64,000 nucleotides of DNA, taken from positions 294 to 64,293 of the forward strand of contig CALWEX010000049.1 in NCBI GenBank assembly GCA_944377425.1, given 5' to 3'. The translations under genes were made by a program, and so were the position numbers. Below are positions 28,436 to 37,942 of the stretch, one piece after another. Position 1 is the stretch's first letter, and the number at the start of each line of letters is the position of its first letter. Below the pieces are notes generated by a model. The model ran no database searches. It was not told the origin of the DNA and was given only the letters and a program-made list of their open reading frames with translations. Origin of the DNA: an uncultured Clostridia bacterium. GTDB lineage: Bacteria > Bacillota > Clostridia > Lachnospirales > Anaerotignaceae.

Positions 28436-28471
28436 CAAAAAAGGCGTCTGAATATAAATTCCAAACGCCTT
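28436..28471 (-). terminator. terminator after pyk
   Basis: AAGGCGT / ACGCCTT stem with a U-run on the minus strand. Confidence 0.75.
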
Positions 28472-28489
28472 AAATTTTGTTTATTATTT

Positions 28490-30262
28490 TTATTCAGCCT
28501 TGTCCTCATCAGGTATACCGAAATACACAAAGCCTTTTTTGCCATCTACAGTTATAAGTGTTTCGTCTTTAATAAGGTCTGTAACGTTTACACCACACAT
28601 AACAACAGGAATATCTAGTATATTGCCTATTAGCTCTGCATAAGCATTCTGTCCATTATCCATAGGGCCTATTACAAGGGCACTGGCACGCTTTATATAC
28701 GGCAGTATGGAGTTATCCGTTTTGCTTGTTACCAGTATATCCCCTGTTTTAAACTTTTTTTCGGCTTCACCTGCGAATTTTATAACATCGGCCTTTCCTG
28801 ATATTCTTTTGTCGCCTACACCTTTTCCTTTGCATATAACATTGCCTACAATATCAACACGCATTGTGTTTGTAGAGCCTGAAACACCAACCGGCACGCC
28901 TATGGCTATAACAACAGTATCGCCGTTTTGTGCAAGGCCACTTTTAACGGCTGTACTTAAAGCAAGGTCAAATACCTTGTTGTTATCTACTATTTCTTTT
29001 TCAAGTACTGGTTTACAGCCCCAAACAAGATTAAGCTGTCGCCAAACCCTTTCGGAAGAACTGCTGGCAGCTATAGGGCATACAGGTTTATATTTAGCTA
29101 TCATTCTTGCTGTAAGGCCTGACTTTGTAACAGTTGCTATACAGCTTGTATTAAGCTCTGCTGCTGTAGCACATGCCGCATAGCTTATAGCATTTGTCAT
29201 GTTGCGGTGCATTCCGTTAAAATTACTTCTTAATTTATGAGTATAGTCAATGCTGTTTTCAGTTGTTTCGGCTATTTTAGCCATTATCTCAACAGCTTCT
29301 GCCGGATAGTTGCCTTGCGCTGTTTCGCCAGAAAGCATTATAGCGTCACTGCCGTCAAATATGGCATTAGCCACATCACTGGCTTCAGCCCTTGTAGGCC
29401 TTGGGTTAGAAACCATAGACTCCAGCATTTGTGTTGCTGTAATAACAGGCTTGCATGCGTCATTTGCCTTTTTAATAAGCTCCTTCTGCACAAGCGGTAC
29501 CTCGTCAATAGGTATTTCAACGCCTAAATCGCCTCTGGCAACCATTATTCCGTCTGAAACAGCCAAAATATCGTCTATGTTTTTAACACCTTCACGGTTT
29601 TCTATTTTAGAAATTATAAATATATCTTTACCGCCGTTTTCTTCAAGCACACGGCGTATTTTAAGAACATCACCTGCTGAACGTATAAAAGAAGCCGCTA
29701 CGTAATCAAAGCCCATTTTAATACCGAATATAAGGTCATCAATATCCCTTTGTGTAAGTATAGGTAAATTAATATATACATCCGGGATATTTACACCTTT
29801 ATTTGAGCTTAAAAATCCGCCGTTTATAACTTCACACTCAATATCATTATCTTCAATTTTTAATACTTTAAGCTCTACAAGACCATCATCAAGGAGAACT
29901 CTGCTGCCTTTTTCAAGCTCTAATGGAAGGTTTTGGTATGTAACGCTTACCATACTTTCATTGCCTTCCACTTCTCTTGTTGTGAGTATAAACCTGCTGC
30001 CTGATTCAAGATAGACTTTTTTATTATCTTTGAATTTTTTTATTCTAATCTCAGGGCCTTTTGTGTCCAGTATAAGAGGTATAGGCACATTCATTTCCTG
30101 ACGTACTTTTTTAACAGCATTTATAAGAACGGTACGAGATTCGTAATCACCGTGGGAAAAATTAATTCTTGCGGCATCCATGCCTTTTTCTATAAGCTCT
30201 CTTACCTTTTCCTCGGTATTAGTTGTAGGTCCGAGAGTACATACAATTTTGGTTCGCTTCAT
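28490..30262 (-). CDS. pyk: pyruvate kinase with a C-terminal PEP-utiliser-like swivel domain
   Basis: 590 aa, MVARGDLGVEIP motif, plus an extra ~110 aa C-terminal domain as in Bacillus-type PK. Confidence 0.95.
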   Translation of the reverse strand: MKRTKIVCTLGPTTNTEEKVRELIEKGMDAARINFSHGDYESRTVLINAVKKVRQEMNVPIPLILDTKGPEIRIKKFKDNKKVYLESGSRFILTTREVEGNESMVSVTYQNLPLELEKGSRVLLDDGLVELKVLKIEDNDIECEVINGGFLSSNKGVNIPDVYINLPILTQRDIDDLIFGIKMGFDYVAASFIRSAGDVLKIRRVLEENGGKDIFIISKIENREGVKNIDDILAVSDGIMVARGDLGVEIPIDEVPLVQKELIKKANDACKPVITATQMLESMVSNPRPTRAEASDVANAIFDGSDAIMLSGETAQGNYPAEAVEIMAKIAETTENSIDYTHKLRSNFNGMHRNMTNAISYAACATAAELNTSCIATVTKSGLTARMIAKYKPVCPIAASSSSERVWRQLNLVWGCKPVLEKEIVDNNKVFDLALSTAVKSGLAQNGDTVVIAIGVPVGVSGSTNTMRVDIVGNVICKGKGVGDKRISGKADVIKFAGEAEKKFKTGDILVTSKTDNSILPYIKRASALVIGPMDNGQNAYAELIGNILDIPVVMCGVNVTDLIKDETLITVDGKKGFVYFGIPDEDKAE

Positions 30263-30351
30263 ATAAGCCTCCTAATATAAAATTTATGGTTTTATCAAAT
30301 TTATAAAAAGTATTAAATATTCGTTTTATAAAATCATTATGCCCAAAGCCG

Positions 30352-33300
30352 TTATATTTTATCAGATATATTACTTTTTTTATATCTCATTATTACATTA
30401 GGCTCACCAAGCATAAGCTTTAATCCGTCTAAAAGCATTTCGTCTTCTGATATAAAACAATCTTTAGAAGCCTTCATTACCTGTCCGGTTTCTTCTATTT
30501 TAATTATTACCGGTATTTCCCCCGGAAATTCCTTTAAAAGCTTAATAACCTTGGCAAATACTTCCATGCTTTCTGCTTTTAAATATAATTTATCCGGAAC
30601 AGTTATTTCTACGCTTTCATCGTTGTCATCATCAGTTAAAGGTCGAATTTCCTCAGCTATAAGTTTTGCATCACTGTCAGAAGGCACATCAGCCTTACCC
30701 TTTACAACAACCACATCACCAACATTTATAAAACTCTGGCACATAGTATATACGTTAGGAAAAACAACAGTTTCTACACTGCCGTACATGTCCTCAACAG
30801 TTAAAAAAGTCATTATTTTGTTATTTTTTGTATATTTAATTTTTTTGGCATTTACAATACCGCCCAGTATAACCTTTTGACCGTCACCTACAACGCATGT
30901 ATCGTCATCGCCTTTTATAAAGTCGTGACTTGTAACGCTTACCTTGCGTTTAAGTATGTCTTCATACTGTGAAAGAGGGTGTCCGCTTATATAAATGCCT
31001 AATACTTCTTTTTCCATAGCAAGTATTTCGGAAACAGGGAACTCATCCATATCTGCAAAATTATCCTCTGTATCTTCAATACTTTCTTCTCCCATGGAAA
31101 ACAGGCTCATTTGGCCGTCTATATTGTTTTTCTTTCTTTGGGTTATGCCGTCAAATATAGCCTTAAAATTAGCCATATACTGGCTTCGTTTGGCACCAAA
31201 TGAGTCAAGGGCGCCACTTTTAATAAAGTTTTCAATAGCCCTGCGGTTTAAATCCTTTTCACTGAGCCTTGTTAAAAAGTCAGTAAGTGATTTATAAATT
31301 CCGTTTTTCTCACGCTCTGCAACAATAGTATTTATAAGGCTTTTACCTACACTTTTAATTGCCGCAAGGCCAAAACGTATACCGCCGTTATCAACTGAGA
31401 AATTATCAAAGCCTTCGTTTATATCCGGCGGCAGAAGCTTAATTCCCATTTTGCGACATTCTTCGATATATTCGCTTACTTTGTTTGGAAAATCTATAAC
31501 GCTTGTCATTAAAGCCGCCATAAACTCAACAGGATAATAAGTTTTAAGCCATGCCGTTTGATAGCCTACAACGGCGTAACAAGCCGCATGACTCTTGTTA
31601 AATGCGTACTTTGCAAAATCCGTCATTTCGTCGAATATTTTTTCAGCAGTTTCTGCTGGAATACCGTTTTTAACACATCCCGGAACAGTGCCGTCATCTG
31701 TGCCGTAAACAAAGTTTTTACGCTCCTGCGCCATAACAGAAGCTTTTTTCTTACTCATGGCACGGCGAACCAAATCGCTTCTGCCTAAGCTGTAACCGGC
31801 CAAATCCCGGACTATCTGCATAACCTGTTCCTGATAAACTATACAGCCGTATGTTGGCTCCAAAATTTCTTTTAATGCCGGGTGTGTATATGTTATGCTT
31901 CCGGCACCTTTTTTACCCTTTACATATTTAGGTATAAAGTCCATAGGTCCTGGGCGGTAAAGAGAAATACCGGCTATAAGGTCTTCAAGCCTTGTAGGCT
32001 GAAGCTCTTTCATAAAGGCTTTCATTCCGGCACTTTCTAACTGAAAAACGCCTTCTGTTTTGCCCTGAGCAATAAGCTCGTAAACCTTAGGGTCGTTATC
32101 CGGCATATTTTGTAAATCTATGTCAACACCGTGTATTCTTTTTATCTCACGGCAGGCATTTTGAATAACGGTAAGTGTTCTAAGTCCAAGGAAATCCATT
32201 TTAAGAATTCCCAGTTCTTCAAGAAGCGTCATTGTATACTGTGTTGATACAACACCATCGCTGTAATAAAGGGGAACATATTCCACAACAGGGTCACGGC
32301 AAATTACAACACCTGCCGCATGGGTAGAAGCATGTCTTGGAAGGCCTTCAAGGCTTATGCTTGTATCAATGAGCTTTGCCACATCACTGTCGGTATCGTA
32401 AAGCTCTTTAAGCTCAGGATTCATAGTAAGAGCTTTATTTATTGTAATACCCAATTCCGTAGGTATCATTTTTGAAATTCTGTCTACATCAGCATAAGGC
32501 ATGGCAAGTGCCCTGCCTACGTCTTTAATAGCCGCCCTTGCCGCCATTGTACCGAATGTTATAATCTGGGCCACATGGTCATCGCCGTATTTTCTAATTA
32601 CATAGTCAATAACTTCTTGACGTCTTTCAAAACAAAAGTCAACGTCAATATCAGGCATGCTTACTCTTTCCGGATTAAGGAATCTTTCAAAAATAAGATT
32701 ATATTTTACAGGGTCTATTGTTGTTATGTCAAGACAATATGATACAATGCTTCCGGCGGCAGAGCCTCTGCCCGGGCCTACCATTATATCCTGTGACTTA
32801 GCAAAATGAATAAAATCCCAAACTATAAGAAAGTACTCCACATAACCCATTTTCTCTATTGTGCCCAGCTCGTATTCCAGCCTTTGGCGCAGTTCTTCCG
32901 GGTTATTTGGGTATCTCTTTTTAAAACCATCATAACACAACTCTCTTAAATACTCTGAGACTGTTTTTCCGTCAGGAACGTCAAATTTAGGCAGTTTTAA
33001 GTCGTGGAACTTAAACTCTACATTGCATCTTTGAGATATTTTATAAGTATTTTCAATGGCCTCAGGTGCATATTTAAAAAGCTCATACATCTCCTGCGGG
33101 CTTTTAACATAAAACTGTCCGCCTTCATAACGCATTCTGTTTTCGTCATAAACAGTTTTACCTGTCTGTATGCACAGAAGAACGTCATGGCTTTCGGCGT
33201 CTTCTTTATATATATAATGGCTGTCATTACTGCATATAAGGGGTATACCTGTTTCGTCACTTATTTTTAAAAGAGCCTCGTTTACTATTTTTTGTTCACG

Positions 33301-33852
33301 TATGCCGTGGTCCTGAAGCTCAAGGAAAAAGTTTCCTCGTCCGAAAATTTCATCATACATCAATGCTGTTTCTTTAGCTCTTTCGTAAGAAACATTTATA
33401 ATATCCCTTGCCACTTGTCCTGCAAGGCAGGCACTAGAAGCTATAATGCCTTTATGATATTTTTTTAAAAGCTCTATATCAACCCTCGGCTTATAGTAAA
33501 AGCCCTCTGTAAAACCAAAAGACACAAGCTTTACAAGGTTTTTATATCCTTCATTATTTTCGGCCAAAAGCACCAGATGATAATAGTTGGCGCCAGATGT
33601 GGTTTCCCTATCAAAACGGCTTTTAGGCGAAACATAAACCTCACAGCCTATAATAGGTTTTATACCTTCGGCCACAGCGGCTTTATAAAACTCAACAGCC
33701 CCATACATGGCGCCGTGGTCTGTTATGGCTATGCTGTCCATGCCTAAATCTTTAACTCGCTTAATAAGAGGCTCTATTTTAGCCGAGCCATCAAGAAGAC
33801 TGTATTGTGTATGAACATGCAAATGTGTAAATTTAATATTAGTATTTTCCAT
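30352..33852 (-). CDS. dnaE: DNA polymerase III alpha subunit
   Basis: PHP motif HLHVHTQYSLLDG, about 1166 aa. The true start is ATG 33852 (MENTNIKF); the tracked ORF extends 29 codons further upstream. Confidence 0.96.
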   Translation of the reverse strand: MENTNIKFTHLHVHTQYSLLDGSAKIEPLIKRVKDLGMDSIAITDHGAMYGAVEFYKAAVAEGIKPIIGCEVYVSPKSRFDRETTSGANYYHLVLLAENNEGYKNLVKLVSFGFTEGFYYKPRVDIELLKKYHKGIIASSACLAGQVARDIINVSYERAKETALMYDEIFGRGNFFLELQDHGIREQKIVNEALLKISDETGIPLICSNDSHYIYKEDAESHDVLLCIQTGKTVYDENRMRYEGGQFYVKSPQEMYELFKYAPEAIENTYKISQRCNVEFKFHDLKLPKFDVPDGKTVSEYLRELCYDGFKKRYPNNPEELRQRLEYELGTIEKMGYVEYFLIVWDFIHFAKSQDIMVGPGRGSAAGSIVSYCLDITTIDPVKYNLIFERFLNPERVSMPDIDVDFCFERRQEVIDYVIRKYGDDHVAQIITFGTMAARAAIKDVGRALAMPYADVDRISKMIPTELGITINKALTMNPELKELYDTDSDVAKLIDTSISLEGLPRHASTHAAGVVICRDPVVEYVPLYYSDGVVSTQYTMTLLEELGILKMDFLGLRTLTVIQNACREIKRIHGVDIDLQNMPDNDPKVYELIAQGKTEGVFQLESAGMKAFMKELQPTRLEDLIAGISLYRPGPMDFIPKYVKGKKGAGSITYTHPALKEILEPTYGCIVYQEQVMQIVRDLAGYSLGRSDLVRRAMSKKKASVMAQERKNFVYGTDDGTVPGCVKNGIPAETAEKIFDEMTDFAKYAFNKSHAACYAVVGYQTAWLKTYYPVEFMAALMTSVIDFPNKVSEYIEECRKMGIKLLPPDINEGFDNFSVDNGGIRFGLAAIKSVGKSLINTIVAEREKNGIYKSLTDFLTRLSEKDLNRRAIENFIKSGALDSFGAKRSQYMANFKAIFDGITQRKKNNIDGQMSLFSMGEESIEDTEDNFADMDEFPVSEILAMEKEVLGIYISGHPLSQYEDILKRKVSVTSHDFIKGDDDTCVVGDGQKVILGGIVNAKKIKYTKNNKIMTFLTVEDMYGSVETVVFPNVYTMCQSFINVGDVVVVKGKADVPSDSDAKLIAEEIRPLTDDDNDESVEITVPDKLYLKAESMEVFAKVIKLLKEFPGEIPVIIKIEETGQVMKASKDCFISEDEMLLDGLKLMLGEPNVIMRYKKSNISDKI

Positions 33853-34204
33853 ATATAAAACCTCGTTAATCAAAGCCGCACAAATACCAAAAAACGCAAA
33901 ATCATACGCTATGCGGCTATATATATTATCACAAAGCAAAATGAATGTATATCTTTTGCGTTTAAAAAATACGCTTGTTGTATAAAAAAAGTAAAAATAT
34001 TTTCAAAGTTTTAAGCCTTTAAAGAAATAGCTATTTACAAATTTATATTCCATATAATTGCACAAGTAAATAATAAAACAAAAGCTTTTAATATACAGCC
34101 TATTCCATTACCATAGCAATAAATGATTGAGCTGTTACTGCAAATATAATTTTCAGTTATTATATCATAAAGATGTATAAAATTTGAAAATTAAATGTTA
34201 AAAA

Positions 34205-34254
34205 TAGAAAAAGCGGAAGAAATAAAAAGCATTTGCCTTTTATTCTTCCGCTTT
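34205..34254 (-). terminator. terminator after the solute-binding protein gene
   Basis: AAAGCGGAAGAA / TTCTTCCGCTTT stem. Confidence 0.7.
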
Positions 34255-34286
34255 TAATTATATTTTATTATGTATCAAAATTTTAA

Positions 34287-35399
34287 TTACTCAGCCTTTA
34301 CATCTGTCCAAAGGTCGTTCCATGTATTTTTAACTTCGTCTGTTCTATACTGCATAAAGTAAAGTCTGTTAAGTGACTCCTCATCCATTGCAGCAGATGC
34401 GGCATACTCAGGGTCTATAGCATCGGCTGCTTCCTGATTAACAGGTGCTGGACCACCGGATGCTGCCCAGTTGTACTGGAAGTCTTTGCTTATCATCCAG
34501 TCAATAAATTTATAAGCCATTTCTTTGTTTTGGCTGTTTGCAGCAATTGCCCAGTTATCAACCCAACCTATAGCGCCGTCTTCAGGTACTGTAAAGGCTA
34601 TTGGCTCGCCTTCCTGCTTCATAGCTGCTGCCTGACCTGACCACATAAGGCCAAGTGAAATCTGTTTGCCTGCGAAAAGTTTAGAGAACTCGTCGCCTGT
34701 TTTCCAATATGTTCTGTTAAGAGCTTTCTGCTCAATAAGTTTTTCTTTAATAGCATCAAGGTCACTTGGAGCATTAGGGTCCTGACCTAAAGCTATAGCT
34801 GCTGCCATAACAGCATCGTTATAGTCATCTCTAAAAGCTATTTTACCTGCATACTGCTCATCAAAAAGGCAGCTCATACTTGTAGGTGGCTCTGTAATAT
34901 CCTCTGTGTTGTAAGCTATAGCTGTTGAGCCCCAAACAAAAGGCACTGCATACATTTTGTCACCGTCAAAACATTCTTCCTGTGTTTTAAATCTTTCAAA
35001 AAGTGAGTCAAAGTTTTCAAGTTTTGATGTGTCTATCTGCTCAAGAAGTCCGTCTTCAATAGCTGCCGGAAGTATTGTGCAGTTTGGCAGGCAAACGTCA
35101 ATTTCTCCTGCTTTTGATGTTCTAAGCTTAGTAAGGAGTTCCTCCTCACTTGACATATAAGTATTTACTATTTCGCAGTTATATGTTTCCTCAAACTCCT
35201 TCATAAATTCCGCGTCATCTGAGCCATAATCTTTCCAGTTTACAACATAAAGCTTAGTTTTTTCACCTGTTGCTTCACCTGTTGAGCCTGATGCTGCTGC
35301 TGAAGCAGAACCAGATGAATCACCGCCTGAAGAACAGCCTGCAAATGACAATGCAATAACTGATGCTGCTAAAATTGCTGAAATTCTTTTTAATTTCAT
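34287..35399 (-). CDS. ABC transporter substrate-binding lipoprotein (PotD/PotF polyamine-type)
   Basis: Lipobox LSFAGCSS, Ser/Gly linker, and length and pattern of the PotD family. Confidence 0.8.
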   Translation of the reverse strand: MKLKRISAILAASVIALSFAGCSSGGDSSGSASAAASGSTGEATGEKTKLYVVNWKDYGSDDAEFMKEFEETYNCEIVNTYMSSEEELLTKLRTSKAGEIDVCLPNCTILPAAIEDGLLEQIDTSKLENFDSLFERFKTQEECFDGDKMYAVPFVWGSTAIAYNTEDITEPPTSMSCLFDEQYAGKIAFRDDYNDAVMAAAIALGQDPNAPSDLDAIKEKLIEQKALNRTYWKTGDEFSKLFAGKQISLGLMWSGQAAAMKQEGEPIAFTVPEDGAIGWVDNWAIAANSQNKEMAYKFIDWMISKDFQYNWAASGGPAPVNQEAADAIDPEYAASAAMDEESLNRLYFMQYRTDEVKNTWNDLWTDVKAE

Positions 35400-35440
35400 A
35401 AATATGCCTCCCCTTATTGTAAAAAAAATTAAAATGCCGG

Positions 35441-35956
35441 TTATTCAATTATAACCTGACACATTTTCATGGTCTCAATAGCGCTTTTATGGCTCTCAGG
35501 AGTCACTCCGGCGCATAAGCTCTCAACTACAGCTACAGGCACTTCTCTAAGCTTTGTTTTAAGCAAAATTGCGTTTGACACAACACAAATGTCGGTGCAT
35601 ACACCTATAAGAGTAATTTTTTCGTATCTGCCTATAGAAGCTATCTCTGAAAGCTCAACACTGCCGAAAACAGGCTTGTCCACAACACAAAGTGTTTTCC
35701 CCTCACCTGCCAAATAAACCTCATCATTTATCTGCCAGCCGTAAGTATCTTTAACGCAGTGAATTACAGGCAGGTTCTTACCCTCTTGGGTATTAAGGTA
35801 ATTCTCTCCATGAGTATCTCTTGTGTAAATTACATCGCCTTGGAAATCCTTTATTTTTTGGCATACAGGTTTTACTATATCCTGTGCCTCTTTTGTTCCC
35901 AAGGAGCCATTGATAAAATCATTCTGCATGTCAACTACCACAAGAAGCTCTTTCAT
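35441..35956 (-). CDS. isochorismatase-family cysteine hydrolase (nicotinamidase-like)
   Basis: VVDMQNDF and GVCTDICV catalytic Cys motif. Confidence 0.85.
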   Translation of the reverse strand: MKELLVVVDMQNDFINGSLGTKEAQDIVKPVCQKIKDFQGDVIYTRDTHGENYLNTQEGKNLPVIHCVKDTYGWQINDEVYLAGEGKTLCVVDKPVFGSVELSEIASIGRYEKITLIGVCTDICVVSNAILLKTKLREVPVAVVESLCAGVTPESHKSAIETMKMCQVIIE

Positions 35957-36048
35957 AAATTACACCTCTCTTTGATAATTTGCCATAAAACGGTTACGGC
36001 ATTAATTTATTTAACTCTAAGTCGATTATAACATTAATTTATTTAACT

Positions 36049-36717
36049 TCAAGAATGTTTAAGCAGTTCAAAATGATTTTTATTATACGCAATAATACCG
36101 TCCTTACTCATTTTGCTTAGCTCCAAAGACATGGCGCTTCTGTCTACACACAGGTAATCCGCCAGCTCCTGACGGTTAAAATTAATATCAAAGCTTGAGC
36201 TTTGGGATATTACCGCCTGCTCCGAAAAGAAAGAAAGCAGTTTTTCCCTTGTACTGCGCTTTGTTATGTGCTCTATTTTTCTGTTAAGTGAATAAGCTTT
36301 AAACGCCAGTATGGATATAAGGTTTTGAATAATACGAGCATAAAGCTCCTGATTAAATCCTTTTTCAAGCCCTGCTTTATTCATATTAAGCATTAATATT
36401 TTTGAGTCTTTAACGGCAATCACATTCACTCCAAGGCTTGTATTTTCCAAACAGGCATAAACCTCGCCGAATATATCCCCCTGACCGATAGATGCTATAA
36501 TACTTCTGTTGCCGTAATAGTCCTCTCTTTCAACACGAGCCTCGCCTTTTATAACAAGGCCTATGTTTTTTATTTTTTCATTGCGCTGAAAAATATAAGT
36601 ACCCTTTTTGTAGTCCAGCACTCTGCCGTTTAGATACTCAACAGCTTTTTTAGTTTCTTCAGCGCTCATGGTTTTAAAAAGCGGCGTTTTTTGTATAATT
36701 CCAATATATTCATCCAA
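36049..36717 (-). CDS. Crp/Fnr family transcriptional regulator
   Basis: cNMP-binding-like N-terminal domain and C-terminal HTH (ELADYLCVDRSAMSLELSKM); TTG start. Confidence 0.88.
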   Translation of the reverse strand: MDEYIGIIQKTPLFKTMSAEETKKAVEYLNGRVLDYKKGTYIFQRNEKIKNIGLVIKGEARVEREDYYGNRSIIASIGQGDIFGEVYACLENTSLGVNVIAVKDSKILMLNMNKAGLEKGFNQELYARIIQNLISILAFKAYSLNRKIEHITKRSTREKLLSFFSEQAVISQSSSFDINFNRQELADYLCVDRSAMSLELSKMSKDGIIAYNKNHFELLKHS

Positions 36718-36824
36718 AAAAATTCACTTCCGTTGTAAATGCAACATACTCTTTACATTTATTTTACTATACTATAACCATAAAAGCAATTACATTTGAT
36801 AATATCGAATAACGGAGGTTCCTT

Positions 36825-37526
36825 ATGATAAGAAAAATAATTAAAATAGACACAGAAAAATGTAACGGCTGCGGCGCATGTGCCAATGCCTGCCATGAAG
36901 GTGCCATAGGAATGGTAAATGGAAAAGCCGTACTTCTTAGGGAAGATTACTGTGATGGACTTGGGGACTGCCTTCCTGCCTGTCCTACAGGAGCTATATC
37001 ATTTGAGGAACGCGAGGCAGCTTTATACAACGAGGAAGCAGTTAAAGAGCACTTGGCACATAAAGCCTCAGCTTTTCACTCCTGCCCAGGCTCAATGAGT
37101 AAAGTTATAAATCACAATGAAAATGTAATTCCAAGTACAAACCAAAATACATCTTCCTGCCAAAGCCAGCTTAGCCAATGGCCTGTTCAGATTAAATTGG
37201 CCCCTGTAAAAGCACCTTATTTCGACGGCTGTAAGCTTCTTGTTGCCGCTGACTGTACAGCTTTTGCTTATGGCTCTTTCCATAATGATTTTATAAAAGG
37301 ACATATAACACTTATAGGCTGTCCTAAGCTTGACATGGTGGATTATTCCGAAAAGCTTACAGAAATAATAAAGCAAAACGATATTAAAAGCGTAAAAATA
37401 GTAAGAATGGAAGTTCCATGTTGTGGCGGAATTGAAAATGCAGTTAAAAAAGCATTAATGGACAGTAGAAAATTTATTCCTTGGAGTGTAGTTACAATTT
37501 CCACTGACGGAAAAATTTTAGACTAA
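36825..37526 (+). CDS. 4Fe-4S dicluster ferredoxin-like protein (FrdX-type)
   Basis: CNGCGACANACHEGAI and CDGLGDCLPACPTGAI motifs plus a Cys-containing C-terminal domain. Confidence 0.8.
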   Translation: MIRKIIKIDTEKCNGCGACANACHEGAIGMVNGKAVLLREDYCDGLGDCLPACPTGAISFEEREAALYNEEAVKEHLAHKASAFHSCPGSMSKVINHNENVIPSTNQNTSSCQSQLSQWPVQIKLAPVKAPYFDGCKLLVAADCTAFAYGSFHNDFIKGHITLIGCPKLDMVDYSEKLTEIIKQNDIKSVKIVRMEVPCCGGIENAVKKALMDSRKFIPWSVVTISTDGKILD

Positions 37527-37605
37527 TAAAATGTATTTTTCTAACTTAATTTAATAAAACAATATAACTTAAAATAAGCATTATCTATATCCTTCTTTTA
37601 TTTTA

Positions 37606-37642
37606 ACAGCAGGTTTTAATTTATTATTGCCTGCTGTTTTTA
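37606..37642 (+). terminator. rho-independent terminator
   Basis: ACAGCAGG / CCTGCTGT stem followed by TTTTT. Confidence 0.8.
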
Positions 37643-37674
37643 TTTAGTAAAATATTTAAAATTTATTTGCATAC

Positions 37675-37836
37675 GTAAAAAAACCCGATTTTAAACCGGG
37701 TTTTTTGTCACACAAAACCTTATATGAATCAGGGAGTGTGGGTGGGGCAAAATTAAATTAATATATTGGGGAAGAGGTATTTAATACATAGTATTTTAAG
37801 TTATAATAAGACATCTGTTTTTTATAATTAATACTA
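37675..37836 (-). ncRNA. candidate small RNA with C-rich (anti-SD-like) motifs (unverified)
   Basis: Lies downstream of a near-consensus minus-strand promoter and has no credible ORF. It contains CCUCUUCCCC and GCCCCACCCACACUCCC. It ends at AAAAAACCCGG-loop-CGGGUUUUUUU (37706-37677). Confidence 0.35.
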
Positions 37837-37843
37837 TGACTTT

Positions 37844-37871
37844 ATTATACAGTTTTTCCATTTTCTGTCAA
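37844..37871 (-). promoter_or_regulatory. orphan sigma-A type promoter
   Basis: Minus strand TTGACA (37871-37866), 16 nt spacer, TATAAT (37849-37844). No protein gene lies downstream. Confidence 0.6.
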
Positions 37872-37942
37872 CTCAAAATTGTATAAAAAAGCAAACAAAA
37901 AACACGTTAAAAACAAATTGTTTTTCAGCGTGTTTTTACAAA

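Noticed and set aside
33853-34204. The ~350-bp AT-rich spacer upstream of dnaE as a hidden gene or RNA.
   Set aside because: No ORF with an RBS, no promoter/terminator pair and no conserved-looking structure were found by eye. It is most likely the dnaE promoter region.
36734-36757. TGTAAA-N12-TTTACA as a confident Crp/Fnr operator.
   Set aside because: The 12-nt spacer does not fit known Crp/Fnr-family sites. It is mentioned only as a weak possibility in the corresponding finding.
37732-37772. G-quadruplex on the plus strand (GGG AGTGT GGG T GGGG ... GGGG).
   Set aside because: The fourth G-run is more than 20 nt away and the runs are short. The minus-strand C-rich sRNA interpretation explains the promoter and terminator context better.
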